This document shows positions 10,027 through 19,161 of a stretch of 64,000 nt of DNA, in pieces. Each line of letters starts with the position of its first letter. The first letter of the stretch is position 1. The position numbers were made by a program, and so were the translations under genes. Under the pieces are notes generated by a model, which worked only from the letters and a program-made list of their open reading frames with translations, did not search any database and was not told the origin of the DNA. The DNA comes from a virus: the IMG/VR virus record IMGVR_UViG_3300043465_002420. One strand, written 5' to 3'.

Positions 10027-10212
10027 ATGCTTGTACTTAGTAGAAAAAAAGATGAAAAGATTATACTAAAATGTCCTGATATGCCTGACATAAAGATAAC
10101 CATTGTTAGGATTGACAACAAAAATAGAGTACGCATTGGAATTGAAGCCGACAAAGACATAACTGTTCTACGATCTGAGTTAGATCGATCAATTATAGAT
10201 AGCAACGATTAG
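10027..10212 (+). CDS. csrA: Carbon storage regulator CsrA-like (short copy)
   Basis: MLVLSRK...VRIGIEA...RSEL signature; AAGGA RBS. Confidence 0.85.
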   Translation: MLVLSRKKDEKIILKCPDMPDIKITIVRIDNKNRVRIGIEADKDITVLRSELDRSIIDSND

Positions 10213-10489
10213 AAATTTTGATTTTTTGCAAATACTTTAAAAATTCTTCATGCGAATACGATTCCACGATAACTTTATCAGAAATCAAATCTGCTTCAGA
10301 TTCGGATAAGGATAGTTTGCTTTTTAATTTTTCGACAGTGTAGTTCTTTTTTCTGGCAATCCAAGCTGCCGATAACAGTCTTGATTGATTGCTAGAATCA
10401 AATAAATTAGAACAAGAAGTGCAAATGCAAATTCCATCCACTAGTGGATGGGATAGACTTTGACCGCAATTAGGACAGACATAAATCAT
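10193..10489 (-). CDS. Zinc-ribbon hypothetical protein
   Basis: CPNCG...CTSCS. Confidence 0.65.
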   Translation of the reverse strand: MIYVCPNCGQSLSHPLVDGICICTSCSNLFDSSNQSRLLSAAWIARKKNYTVEKLKSKLSLSESEADLISDKVIVESYSHEEFLKYLQKIKISNRCYL

Positions 10490-10515
10490 CTCAATAATAT
10501 TTATGCTGGAAAAGA

Positions 10516-10544
10516 AAAAACCCCATCATAAAGATGGGGTTTTT
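10516..10544 (-). terminator. Rho-independent terminator after the ParB-like gene
   Basis: aaaaaccccatc-ataaa-gatggggttttt. Confidence 0.85.
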
Positions 10545-10560
10545 ACAAAATAAAGAATTT

Positions 10561-11799
10561 TTACTTCTTATCTTGCTTAGAAAAACACTTTTTCAAGACT
10601 TTGTAACAATTTTCTTCGCCATCATGTATAGCTTTGGCTATTCTAATGGCAACCATTACAACATCTTTCTTGGGAACTTGCTTAGGTATGCAGAACAAAG
10701 GGTCTTCTTCAAGACAATTTGCATCATTTTTATAAACCTTGGTAAGATATCGAATATAATTTTCTTCTATTATTTGCTGCTTTAAAGCCTTTGGTTTGGA
10801 TTCTTCAGCATCCTCACCATTTACCAGTTTTGAAGCGGCATCAATATCCTTTCCTTTGGTTGAGTTTTTATTTTCACGCTGACGAGAAACAGCATCTGAA
10901 ACCTTTAAATTGGCCACATCCAAATTAGCCTGTGCAATTTCGATCTCAATTTCATCGTTTTGATCTGCCAATTGAATTTCTACTTCGGCAATTTGCTTTT
11001 CCTTAGTAGCCCTATTCAATCTTCGAGCATCACGCATGGTTTTCTGTTCATTTCTACTTTCTGCAATTTCATTCGCAGTTTCACGAATTTGACTTCTTTC
11101 TTCAACATCGTCAATTTCTGCTAACTTTATCGCAGCAAGCCTATTTATTCTGCCTTCAAGCAAGTCGTTTAAAGTAGAAGGATCAAGCTTTTTTACGAGG
11201 TGATCAGTATCACGAAGCCAAAGCTTGTTTTTTTGAAGAATGCTCAAAATTTGATCATCTGTGGCCTTGAATTTACGCAATTCCATCAGCAAGGCAACAT
11301 CATGACCATCATTTAAATTCTTACGGCAAGCATTTTCCGAATATGAATATGCTAAAGCATCAAGATCGCTATCGGCATTATAAATCTGACATATTACATC
11401 TTTATAAACTTCGTCAGCAACCTTCCAAGCATATTCTTCTTTTCCATTATCGCCCTCAACAATACAAGATGGATCTCTAACCATTTCATGTTTTTGTATT
11501 AGTTGCGACAACGCACGATATCTCCTATCTCCACCAACCAATTGGATTGATTTGGTTTCATGGATATAGCGACAAATCAAAGGAACCATCATGGTTTTAT
11601 TTTTAATATCCTCTTTCAAAATCTTTGAAAGATCTGCATCAATAAGATCATTCTGGCCAGATTCGGTTATCAATCTAGGATTATAAAATTGATAATTACC
11701 TGCTGATTGATCGGCTTCGGGAACCTCAATCAGATTGAAAGGCACCAAAAACAAAGTTCCATGAAGATTTTTAACACTTTCGGGCAAATCAAAAGACAT
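10561..11799 (-). CDS. ParB/Srx N-terminal domain protein
   Basis: QLVGGDRRYRAL and ENACRKNL resemble the ParB GxRR box and ENxxRxDL. Start moved to ATG 11799 (AAGGAG RBS). Confidence 0.75.
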   Translation of the reverse strand: MSFDLPESVKNLHGTLFLVPFNLIEVPEADQSAGNYQFYNPRLITESGQNDLIDADLSKILKEDIKNKTMMVPLICRYIHETKSIQLVGGDRRYRALSQLIQKHEMVRDPSCIVEGDNGKEEYAWKVADEVYKDVICQIYNADSDLDALAYSYSENACRKNLNDGHDVALLMELRKFKATDDQILSILQKNKLWLRDTDHLVKKLDPSTLNDLLEGRINRLAAIKLAEIDDVEERSQIRETANEIAESRNEQKTMRDARRLNRATKEKQIAEVEIQLADQNDEIEIEIAQANLDVANLKVSDAVSRQRENKNSTKGKDIDAASKLVNGEDAEESKPKALKQQIIEENYIRYLTKVYKNDANCLEEDPLFCIPKQVPKKDVVMVAIRIAKAIHDGEENCYKVLKKCFSKQDKK

Positions 11800-12016
11800 A
11801 GACAAACTCCTTAATGAGATGATGACTTCCATTCCAAGGCGAAAAATATCAGAAATTAAAATCCCTGTCAACAGGTTTACGACAACAATTTAAATAATTT
11901 TTTCGTAAACCATATGACCCAAATTATCCAAATTAACCAAACTTCATATTTTTAAAAAATGAAATAGAATTATGATTAATTTAGACTTAAATTAGAATAA
12001 TTAACTTCATAGGTTC

Positions 12017-12046
12017 AATTTACCTCGTTATCAACGAAAGTAAAAT
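12017..12046 (-). promoter_or_regulatory. Promoter candidate containing a 14-nt motif also found at 17763
   Basis: Minus strand ATTTTACTTTCGTT; TTTACT-16 nt-TAAATT. Confidence 0.4.
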
Positions 12047-12058
12047 TGATGATTAAAT

Positions 12059-12250
12059 TTACATTTTGTTGGCGTTAAATTTTTCGGAAAAGTCATTGGT
12101 TGGATTAAATTCTTTTGATTCTTTTGATTCTTTTGCTCTAAAAACAAAATCATTACAATGATTGCAAATAACATTGAAATCATTATCAATCGAATAATCA
12201 CGATCTTTCAAAAACTTTTTACAATTTGGACAGCTTCTTGCCTTTGACAT
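12059..12250 (-). CDS. Small zinc-finger protein
   Basis: CPNCKK...CNHCND. Confidence 0.6.
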   Translation of the reverse strand: MSKARSCPNCKKFLKDRDYSIDNDFNVICNHCNDFVFRAKESKESKEFNPTNDFSEKFNANKM

Positions 12251-12419
12251 CTATTTCACCTAATTTTATAGCATCATAAACTTCTTGCCTATGGACAGGT
12301 ATTTCACTTGGGGCTTCTATACCTATTCTAACTTTGCCCCTACCAACCTCCACAACAGTAATAATAATATTATTGTTTATCACAAGACTCTCATTGATTT
12401 TTCTCGATAATATCAGCAT
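12219..12419 (-). CDS. csrA: Carbon storage regulator CsrA
   Basis: MLILSRKINESLVI...VRIGIEAPSEIPVHRQEVYDAI, canonical CsrA. Confidence 0.95.
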   Translation of the reverse strand: MLILSRKINESLVINNNIIITVVEVGRGKVRIGIEAPSEIPVHRQEVYDAIKLGEIDVKGKKLSKL

Positions 12420-12500
12420 TTCATATCTTCCTTGAAAAAATAAATTGATCTTTAATTACTATAATTTAAATTTTAAATAAAAACAAGTCTTAATCAAAAC

Positions 12501-12531
12501 AAAAAAAGGCAGCAGGATTACCTGCTGCCTT
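12501..12531 (-). terminator. Rho-independent terminator
   Basis: aaggcagcagg-atta-cctgctgcctt; the plus-strand A-run becomes the U-tract on the minus strand. Confidence 0.9.
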
Positions 12532-12550
12532 ATCAAAATATATATTTTGA

Positions 12551-12712
12551 TTATGCGAACAAAGATTGGCCACAAACTGTAACTGCTGCTACATAAGCAC
12601 CAGCACGACCATTGCATGTACCAGAAGCAATGTTTGCTCTGCTACACTGGGGGTAAAAAAATCTCCAAGTAACATTAGTATATGTCGAATCACTCTTTTT
12701 GCAACGAAACAT
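12551..12712 (-). CDS. 53-aa cysteine-containing peptide (not in ORF track)
   Basis: MFRCKKSDSTYTNVTWRFFYPQCSRANIASGTCNGRAGAYVAAVTVCGQSLFA; GGAGG RBS and its own terminator. Confidence 0.75.
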   Translation of the reverse strand: MFRCKKSDSTYTNVTWRFFYPQCSRANIASGTCNGRAGAYVAAVTVCGQSLFA

Positions 12713-12745
12713 GATTCCTCCATTTTATAAAATGAGAAGCGAAAT

Positions 12746-13573
12746 TCAGACAACAATATTTAGAGTTGATAAATATTTATTTAAAGAATCTTTAAAAACA
12801 TCATGGTCTTTTCGCAAAATTTCTTTCGATTTTGGTGACAATGTATTTATAGTTCCTTTGCCATCATGATGAATCCAGCTATTTCCAGCTATGGCTTGTT
12901 TAAAACCATTTTTATTCATCGTCAATGCATATTCTTGTGATTCACATCCAGCATACTTGTACTCTTGAAAATAACCGGAAAACTTAAACAAATCCCTATG
13001 ACAAATTGAACAAAACATTGGAAGATATTCATTAATGTTCAAAATATAATCCTCTGACTTTTGTTCTTTTTTCGTCTCAAGATGCCTAAGATCATCATTG
13101 AAGCAATTACTTCTGGCAGATACCATCTTTACATTTTGAGATTTTAATCTTTGCAAACACGATCCAATATTTGTCAGCCAATTTGTATCATCTGGAAGGA
13201 CATCGGAATGCAGGATACACACATATGGAATCCATGGATTATTTGAATTTTTTAATGCGTAATTTACAGCAGCACCAAATCCTTGGTTTTCTTCTTTTTG
13301 CAAGCAATTAAGGCCAGCAATTTTCTTCTTAGATAAATCTTTTATGAATGATTTATTTTTTGAACCATCATCAACCAATGTCACTTGATACCTATTTGTT
13401 CTTATAGTCGAAAAAATTGCTTCTAACAATTTGGCAACAGACGAATAAGTATTGTAAAAAGGAATGATGATTTCTACAGATTTCATATTTCTTGGATCTA
13501 TGCTAGAAAAACCATCCATTGCAATATCATATTTTGTAACCTTCTCTTTTTCTTCTGTTTCTAAATCATCCAT
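12746..13573 (-). CDS. Glycosyltransferase family 2
   Basis: VEIIIPFYN, LVDDGS, NQGFGAAVN, ILHSDV, WIHHDG. Confidence 0.9.
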   Translation of the reverse strand: MDDLETEEKEKVTKYDIAMDGFSSIDPRNMKSVEIIIPFYNTYSSVAKLLEAIFSTIRTNRYQVTLVDDGSKNKSFIKDLSKKKIAGLNCLQKEENQGFGAAVNYALKNSNNPWIPYVCILHSDVLPDDTNWLTNIGSCLQRLKSQNVKMVSARSNCFNDDLRHLETKKEQKSEDYILNINEYLPMFCSICHRDLFKFSGYFQEYKYAGCESQEYALTMNKNGFKQAIAGNSWIHHDGKGTINTLSPKSKEILRKDHDVFKDSLNKYLSTLNIVV

Positions 13574-14096
13574 TTTTAATTTCCTTTGTAATATCTTTCA
13601 AAATAGAATTAAAATAATTCATTTCTAAAATGCAATAATAATTTGATTTTTTATCTTCTACAGCTTCTTGAAGTTCTTTCGAGTTTTTGGAAAATTCAAG
13701 GACATGAACGGAACAATTAAAATTTTTATCTTCATTCATTCTTAAAATGTTTTTGTACGCATAGGTGTTATTAGGTTTGAATTTATTGGTACAAACAAAA
13801 ATAATTTTTTTGCAACCCTCTTGAGATCCAACACCAAATAAAGTATCTCTAAATGATTTTTCAAACAAATCATTGTCCTTTATCTGATAAGAATTTAATT
13901 GAGCTACACTTTCTCCATGAGTAGTCGGTAATTTGGAATTCCCAGAAACATAAAGCTTTGAACTGCTTCCAATATTTGAAAAAAAATCCATAAATGTTTT
14001 TTTTATGAATTTAAGACCAGAATCTTTATTATATGTGAAATCATGTATATCAAAAACAATCCCAATGTATATCTGTTTTTCAAATCCATCAATCAT
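13566..14096 (-). CDS. Hypothetical protein (possible vWA-like fold)
   Basis: IYIGIVFDI and KIIFVCTN strands; no MIDAS motif seen. Confidence 0.4.
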   Translation of the reverse strand: MIDGFEKQIYIGIVFDIHDFTYNKDSGLKFIKKTFMDFFSNIGSSSKLYVSGNSKLPTTHGESVAQLNSYQIKDNDLFEKSFRDTLFGVGSQEGCKKIIFVCTNKFKPNNTYAYKNILRMNEDKNFNCSVHVLEFSKNSKELQEAVEDKKSNYYCILEMNYFNSILKDITKEIKNG

Positions 14097-14146
14097 TTTT
14101 GTTCTCCATTATACTATTTAATAGTAGAGAAACAAAGGAACAAAAA

Positions 14147-15022
14147 ATGGAAAATAGAGAACAAATAAAGCAATATATTAAAGCTTGTGAACATATGATT
14201 AAGTTTTTCACCAAGTTTCTTGATACTGATACGCTTGGTATTAGATCTTTATCAAAAGAAGATAAGCTGAAAGAATTGACTGATTTAAGGTACGAAATCA
14301 AAAAAGATACTTGGCCAGAAGCCGAAAGTCCAAAACTTACACAATCTCAAAAAAGTATGAAATTATTTGGAGAATTAATTTCTACACCAGTTAAAAATAA
14401 AAATATATTAGAATTTGGATGTTGTGATTGTGATTTATCATCATTGTTAAAAAGTAAATTTGGAGCCAAAACTGTTGTTGCTTTCAAATTAGATGATTGT
14501 CAGTCTACAGACACCAATCTTTTAGACCCAAATGTAATTTTCACAGACAATTTCCGTGTCGCCCAACAGATAGCTCCATTTGATATTATCATTCTAAATG
14601 ATGTTATTGATCATTTAGAAAAGCCAGTTTTCTGGATTAAACAATTAGCAAAAATGCTTTCTAAAGAAACAGGAAGAATGTTTGTTCGTTGTCATCCATG
14701 GCTATCAAGAAATGGAACACACCTATCACAACAAATGAACAAAGCTTTCTTGCATCTCATATTTTCAGATGATGAATTGGGAACTCTAGGTGTATCCAAT
14801 AAATTCACAAGAAAAATAACCGATGATATGGATTCATATAAAAGATTTTTTGAAGAATCAAATTTAAAAGTTTTAAACCATAAGATTTACACCAAATCAA
14901 TAGAAGTGTCATTTCTTAAAAACCAAGTTGTTTTAGAAAGAATTAAAAAGTTCACCAAAATAGATAAAAACTTATTAGAAAAATTAGAAGTAGAGTTTAT
15001 TGACTTTGAATTAAAGGCGTGA
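14147..15022 (+). CDS. Class I SAM-dependent methyltransferase
   Basis: ILEFGC motif I and FDIIILNDVIDHLEKP motif. Start moved to ATG 14147 (AAGGA RBS). Confidence 0.8.
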   Translation: MENREQIKQYIKACEHMIKFFTKFLDTDTLGIRSLSKEDKLKELTDLRYEIKKDTWPEAESPKLTQSQKSMKLFGELISTPVKNKNILEFGCCDCDLSSLLKSKFGAKTVVAFKLDDCQSTDTNLLDPNVIFTDNFRVAQQIAPFDIIILNDVIDHLEKPVFWIKQLAKMLSKETGRMFVRCHPWLSRNGTHLSQQMNKAFLHLIFSDDELGTLGVSNKFTRKITDDMDSYKRFFEESNLKVLNHKIYTKSIEVSFLKNQVVLERIKKFTKIDKNLLEKLEVEFIDFELKA

Positions 15023-15024
15023 AT

Positions 15025-15642
15025 CTATTTTTCATCGTTATCATTATCTAATTCGATCATCCAATAAGCCACACCTAAAAAACTTTCCCAATCTTTTATT
15101 TTATAATCACATCTCAAAGCATTCATTTTAGGCTTCTTAGGTACTTTTAAAAGTTTCATATTGGCTTGTAACGGATTTCTATTCGCTTTTTTGGTGTTAC
15201 ACTTTACACAAGCTAAAACGCAATTTTCCCAAGTGGTCAAACCGCCATGACTTCTAGGAATAACATGATCTATAGATAATTCTTCTGTGCTAGGCTTCTG
15301 ACCACAATATTGGCACTTGTATTCGTCTCTTTTGTAAATTGTCTTTCTACAATAATGAACTTTTTTTGCTGGAACTTTATCGTATCTTGTAAGCTGAATA
15401 ACTGATGGTATTCTGAATGATGCATTTACACTTCTAAGCTTTTCTTCATCGTCTTGTGGTCTTACTTTAGACCAATCTTCCCAAGTAAGAGTTTGAAATC
15501 CGTTGGCACAATCTACAATTATAGCTTTTGGCTCACCATCTTTATGTTCACTGAATAATTTTATTAGAGCTTTTTCAAGCGTTAGAATAGTAATTGGTCG
15601 CCACGACTTGTTTAAAACTAAAACTTTTCTATTTTGTATCAT
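15025..15642 (-). CDS. HNH endonuclease (McrA-like)
   Basis: VLVLNKSW, RDEYKCQYCG, SIDHVIPRSHGG..WENCVLACVKCNTKK. Confidence 0.93.
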   Translation of the reverse strand: MIQNRKVLVLNKSWRPITILTLEKALIKLFSEHKDGEPKAIIVDCANGFQTLTWEDWSKVRPQDDEEKLRSVNASFRIPSVIQLTRYDKVPAKKVHYCRKTIYKRDEYKCQYCGQKPSTEELSIDHVIPRSHGGLTTWENCVLACVKCNTKKANRNPLQANMKLLKVPKKPKMNALRCDYKIKDWESFLGVAYWMIELDNDNDEK

Positions 15643-15649
15643 ATTGTAT

Positions 15650-16627
15650 CTATAATTTTAAATCACAATTAGACCATTCTTTAATTCTAATTCTTGCCAA
15701 TTTCATGGCATCTTCAAACCATTCTTTAGTTTTCTTAAAATGAGGAGGACTATACATTTTTCCAGATGTGTAACTTCTAAAGTGATCTATATTGGAATCA
15801 TTGGTTCTTTTTTCATTTTCTTCATGTCCAATTATAATTGTTTCAATATTATTTTTTCTTAATATGTAATTACCAAGTATTTCTGTATCTGGCCAGTTTG
15901 GTCTCATTGGATCTGGCTTGTAATCAACAATATTATATTCATTACAAAGTCTACGCAAACTCCACGCAAAACCAATTTTATCCATGGTTTTCATGTGATA
16001 CATGCTTGCAGTGTGTGAAATCATACCTCTCCAATCATCATGCTTTCTTGGAGTTATTTCATAGCCTACGACTGGAGTTTTCTCATTACATATATTCAAT
16101 AAATAATCTATAAAATCATTACGCTTTAAAAATACATCGGCATGTGTGGCAAACAAATATGGAGTTCTACATAATGTCATAGCCAAATCCATAGCCATGG
16201 CTGGGTAATCACTTGGATGCATAACTCCGTTCAAAGCAATTGTATGAACCTCTACATCCTCATCTCGAAGATCCAATACACTATCCAAATGATCGCTTCT
16301 ACTTCCAGTATCAATGATCATGATGTATGGTCTTTCTGTTTGCAATCGCAACAACTCAATGCAAGTCCTCAATGTTTCTGATGTATTCAAGCAAGGTATG
16401 ACCGCTGTTGCTTTATATTCCCAAGGCTTTTTATCACATGATCCTTCCCATGGAGATTTTATGGTTAATTCGCCATAAGATGGAGATGTTTCAAATTTGC
16501 GAATCTCTACTTCTTCCCAATTATTTTCAGTATCTAGCCAAATATACTTTCTATCTTGGCTAATTTTCTTCTTCTTTTCTGGTGTTTTTGCCCATCTAGA
16601 ATCGGAAATTTTCATAATTTTATTCAT
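15650..16627 (-). CDS. Glycosyltransferase family 2
   Basis: TAVIPCLN, IIDTGS, FATHADVF. Confidence 0.8.
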   Translation of the reverse strand: MNKIMKISDSRWAKTPEKKKKISQDRKYIWLDTENNWEEVEIRKFETSPSYGELTIKSPWEGSCDKKPWEYKATAVIPCLNTSETLRTCIELLRLQTERPYIMIIDTGSRSDHLDSVLDLRDEDVEVHTIALNGVMHPSDYPAMAMDLAMTLCRTPYLFATHADVFLKRNDFIDYLLNICNEKTPVVGYEITPRKHDDWRGMISHTASMYHMKTMDKIGFAWSLRRLCNEYNIVDYKPDPMRPNWPDTEILGNYILRKNNIETIIIGHEENEKRTNDSNIDHFRSYTSGKMYSPPHFKKTKEWFEDAMKLARIRIKEWSNCDLKL

Positions 16628-16690
16628 TTAAATATATTCCTCGCAATAACTAAGTAAGCAATTGTTTTTTATTATAAGAGAAGGCACATT

Positions 16691-16981
16691 ATGTTGACAA
16701 ATTTTTATGAATGGATGAGCTTTAGACAAGCTGTAGAAGCACCAGAAGGCGATTATGCCTTTATAGGAACATACAACAATGATCAATTCCCAAACTTGAA
16801 AGAAACAAGCCAAAGAATTGAATTGGATGCCGCATTATCCTTAATTCCAAAATCTTATCAAAATCAATTTTCTAACATGGAAACCATTCATGCTGGGAAG
16901 TCGCAAAATGAGAGCAATAAAGATGTTATTTGGATTTCTAATCAAGATCAAAATATTACTTTTTTGTTCGAAAAAAGATAA
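16691..16981 (+). CDS. Hypothetical protein, probable virion head-internal type
   Basis: N-terminus MLTNFYEWMSFRQAVE. Confidence 0.55.
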   Translation: MLTNFYEWMSFRQAVEAPEGDYAFIGTYNNDQFPNLKETSQRIELDAALSLIPKSYQNQFSNMETIHAGKSQNESNKDVIWISNQDQNITFLFEKR

Positions 16982-17338
16982 TTATTTTTTAATATGAGTT
17001 ATTGAAAAAGGATAGTTATCCTTTGCTGTATAAAACTTCTTAATTGGCTCTGGTCCTGATATATGTCTTATATCAAATGGGGCTTTAGTGCCATTATTGC
17101 CATCGCCATAATTCTTTGGCTCTCCTGGTATGTGCTTAATACTAAATGGAGGGCCATCACCGTTATCGTAAAGCCTATTGTCCAAACTAATATACAAAAG
17201 AGCATCAGCAGAACTAGGCAAATATGTTTGCAATGGGTAAAGTCCAATGCCTCCATACCCTAGAGGGTACAAACCAGTTTTTCCAGATGTTTTACCTTCA
17301 TTGATTTTAAACCAGTTTTTAAACGAAAAATCTTTCAT
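16982..17338 (-). CDS. Hypothetical protein, probable virion protein with 3 internal repeats
   Basis: N-terminus MKDFSFKNWFKINEG; repeats PFSIKHI / PFDIRHI / PFSITHI. Confidence 0.6.
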   Translation of the reverse strand: MKDFSFKNWFKINEGKTSGKTGLYPLGYGGIGLYPLQTYLPSSADALLYISLDNRLYDNGDGPPFSIKHIPGEPKNYGDGNNGTKAPFDIRHISGPEPIKKFYTAKDNYPFSITHIKK

Positions 17339-17357
17339 ATATTATTTATGCATGAAA

Positions 17358-17389
17358 CAAAAAAAAAGGAGCGTTTTTCAACACTCCTT
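17358..17389 (-). terminator. Rho-independent terminator
   Basis: Minus strand aaggagtgtt-gaaa-aacgctcctt followed by a U-run. Confidence 0.8.
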
Positions 17390-17415
17390 GGTTTGACAAT
17401 TTTTAACAACAAAAA

Positions 17416-17700
17416 TTACTTAGTGCTAGGTGCAACGACTTTTGGCTTTTCTGCACCCTTTGGAGCCTCTGCTGCTTTAGCAGGTTCGGTAGAACACCCA
17501 CTAGAGCCACAAGAGCTACGACCATGAAGCAGTTTTGCTCCACAACCAGAAGTTGTAGTCTTGCAAGAAGTTGTGGTCTTGCAAGAAGAACCACATGACT
17601 TACTTCGCAACTTGCCACCAAGCAAACCGCCACGACATCCTGCTTCAGCGGAACTTACACTAAAAGCAACTGCCAAAACCAAAACTGAAAGATACTTCAT
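17416..17700 (-). CDS. Secreted Cys/Gly/Ser-rich small protein
   Basis: Signal peptide ending AEA, then CGSSC and KTTTSC repeats and an AEAPK tail. Confidence 0.75.
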   Translation of the reverse strand: MKYLSVLVLAVAFSVSSAEAGCRGGLLGGKLRSKSCGSSCKTTTSCKTTTSGCGAKLLHGRSSCGSSGCSTEPAKAAEAPKGAEKPKVVAPSTK

Positions 17701-17745
17701 CTTTCACTCCTTTGAAAAAAAGTAGGAAACAAACTAACCACAAAC

Positions 17746-17776
17746 AATATACCAAACACTTAAACGAAAGTAAAAT
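17746..17776 (-). promoter_or_regulatory. Sigma-70-type promoter candidate
   Basis: TTTACT-17 nt-TATATT; shares ATTTTACTTTCGTT with 12033-12046. Confidence 0.5.
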
Positions 17777-17782
17777 GAATTT

Positions 17783-18013
17783 CTATTTTTTTGTATAAGG
17801 AAACCATATCCTAAAACAAAAACCAAATAATAAATTCATTTTAAGTGCCTGTGTAAAAGTAATTTCGGTCAATCTTCCTTGTGTTATTTCTGGTATTAAA
17901 GAATTCCACAACCACCAAACTGGCAAGGTTAATATGACAGCGTAAATAATTACCAAACACACAACAGCAATGCTAATTGCAAAAATTTGCTTAATGTTAA
18001 ACTCATCAGACAT
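17783..18013 (-). CDS. Small membrane protein
   Basis: Hydrophobic; WWLWNSLIPEI...ITFTQAL. Confidence 0.65.
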   Translation of the reverse strand: MSDEFNIKQIFAISIAVVCLVIIYAVILTLPVWWLWNSLIPEITQGRLTEITFTQALKMNLLFGFCFRIWFPYTKK

Positions 18014-18034
18014 AATTTGATACCTCTAGTTCTT

Positions 18035-18835
18035 TTATAAAATAGTAATTCTTTTATATTGTTTAAAATCAGTGTATTCAAATAATTTTTTCTGTATTTG
18101 AATTTGCCATAGTTTTTGATTTACACGAAAACTTTTTGTATAGCTCTTATCGTGTTGCCTGTAATAAAGTAAGGATTCTGGCATATTGTGCAATATCTTA
18201 TCGTTTTGCAGCATTCTAATCCAAAGTTCATAATCCTCAACTATACAATTTGGAGATTCGTCATACCCACCAACATCTAATACAGATTTTTTTTTAAACA
18301 AAACTGTTGGATGGTTTATAAACCAAAGGCTTGAATTGGCGATTTTTTTAGTGATTATATGAGGATGATCTGTTTTGTTCTTTAGTATCCATCTTGTATT
18401 ATTTGCGACCATAAATGTAAGATTACTTCCAACCAAATCAACATTTGGATTTCTTTGCAAATAATCAAATTGCTTAAAAAGTCTTTTTGGAAGAGAAAAA
18501 TCATCTGCATCCATTCTTGCGATCAAATCGAATTGTGATTCTTGTATCCCTTTATTGCAACCAAAAGAAATGCCAAAATTATGTTTAAGATGAATTACTT
18601 TTATATTGTTGTTTTTGTGAAAATAACCTAATAAACTTTTTGTGTCTTTGGAATTTGATCCATTATCCACAATAATTACTTCTATTTTTTTAAATGTTTG
18701 ATTCAAAATAGAATCAACGGCTTCTTTTAGCCAAAAAGAATTAGTATTACATACTGGTATCACTACAGATATCATACTTAGCCTTAATTTAAAGAAGCCC
18801 ACCACAACATTATTGTAATAGGCTTCTTTTTGCAT
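18035..18835 (-). CDS. Glycosyltransferase family 2
   Basis: ISVVIPVCN, IVDNGS, IARMDADD, HPTVLFKK, VEDYELW. True start probably the internal MISVV. Confidence 0.93.
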   Translation of the reverse strand: MQKEAYYNNVVVGFFKLRLSMISVVIPVCNTNSFWLKEAVDSILNQTFKKIEVIIVDNGSNSKDTKSLLGYFHKNNNIKVIHLKHNFGISFGCNKGIQESQFDLIARMDADDFSLPKRLFKQFDYLQRNPNVDLVGSNLTFMVANNTRWILKNKTDHPHIITKKIANSSLWFINHPTVLFKKKSVLDVGGYDESPNCIVEDYELWIRMLQNDKILHNMPESLLYYRQHDKSYTKSFRVNQKLWQIQIQKKLFEYTDFKQYKRITIL

Positions 18836-18853
18836 ATAATCTTAAAATTAAGA

Positions 18854-19072
18854 TTAAACAATAAAATCAAGATCGGCAACGGTTGCAACAGTATCGGTGA
18901 AAGTTCCACCATCTAAAATGCGACCTGCCATTTTAAACTCACCGCCTGAATGAAAATAAATCCCATGAACGGATCGTTGAATTGAGTTACCACCAGTAAC
19001 AGATGTATCCAAAGACCCTTCAGTTCCAAGATTCACCAAAGCTGGTGATAATTCTACAGTATAAGTAGCCAT
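18854..19072 (-). CDS. Small hypothetical protein
   Basis: 72 aa, AAGGAG RBS, beta-rich composition. Confidence 0.6.
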   Translation of the reverse strand: MATYTVELSPALVNLGTEGSLDTSVTGGNSIQRSVHGIYFHSGGEFKMAGRILDGGTFTDTVATVADLDFIV

Positions 19073-19161
19073 AATTTTTCTCCTTTTGCAAAAGTAAACT
19101 ACTAAAATATATAACCTTTTAAAGCCTATTTTGATTTTAAAAGTGTGTCTTTTGGTGAGAA

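Noticed and set aside
9999-10205. Minus-strand 68-aa ORF
   Set aside because: Antisense to the clear csrA homolog at 10027-10212.
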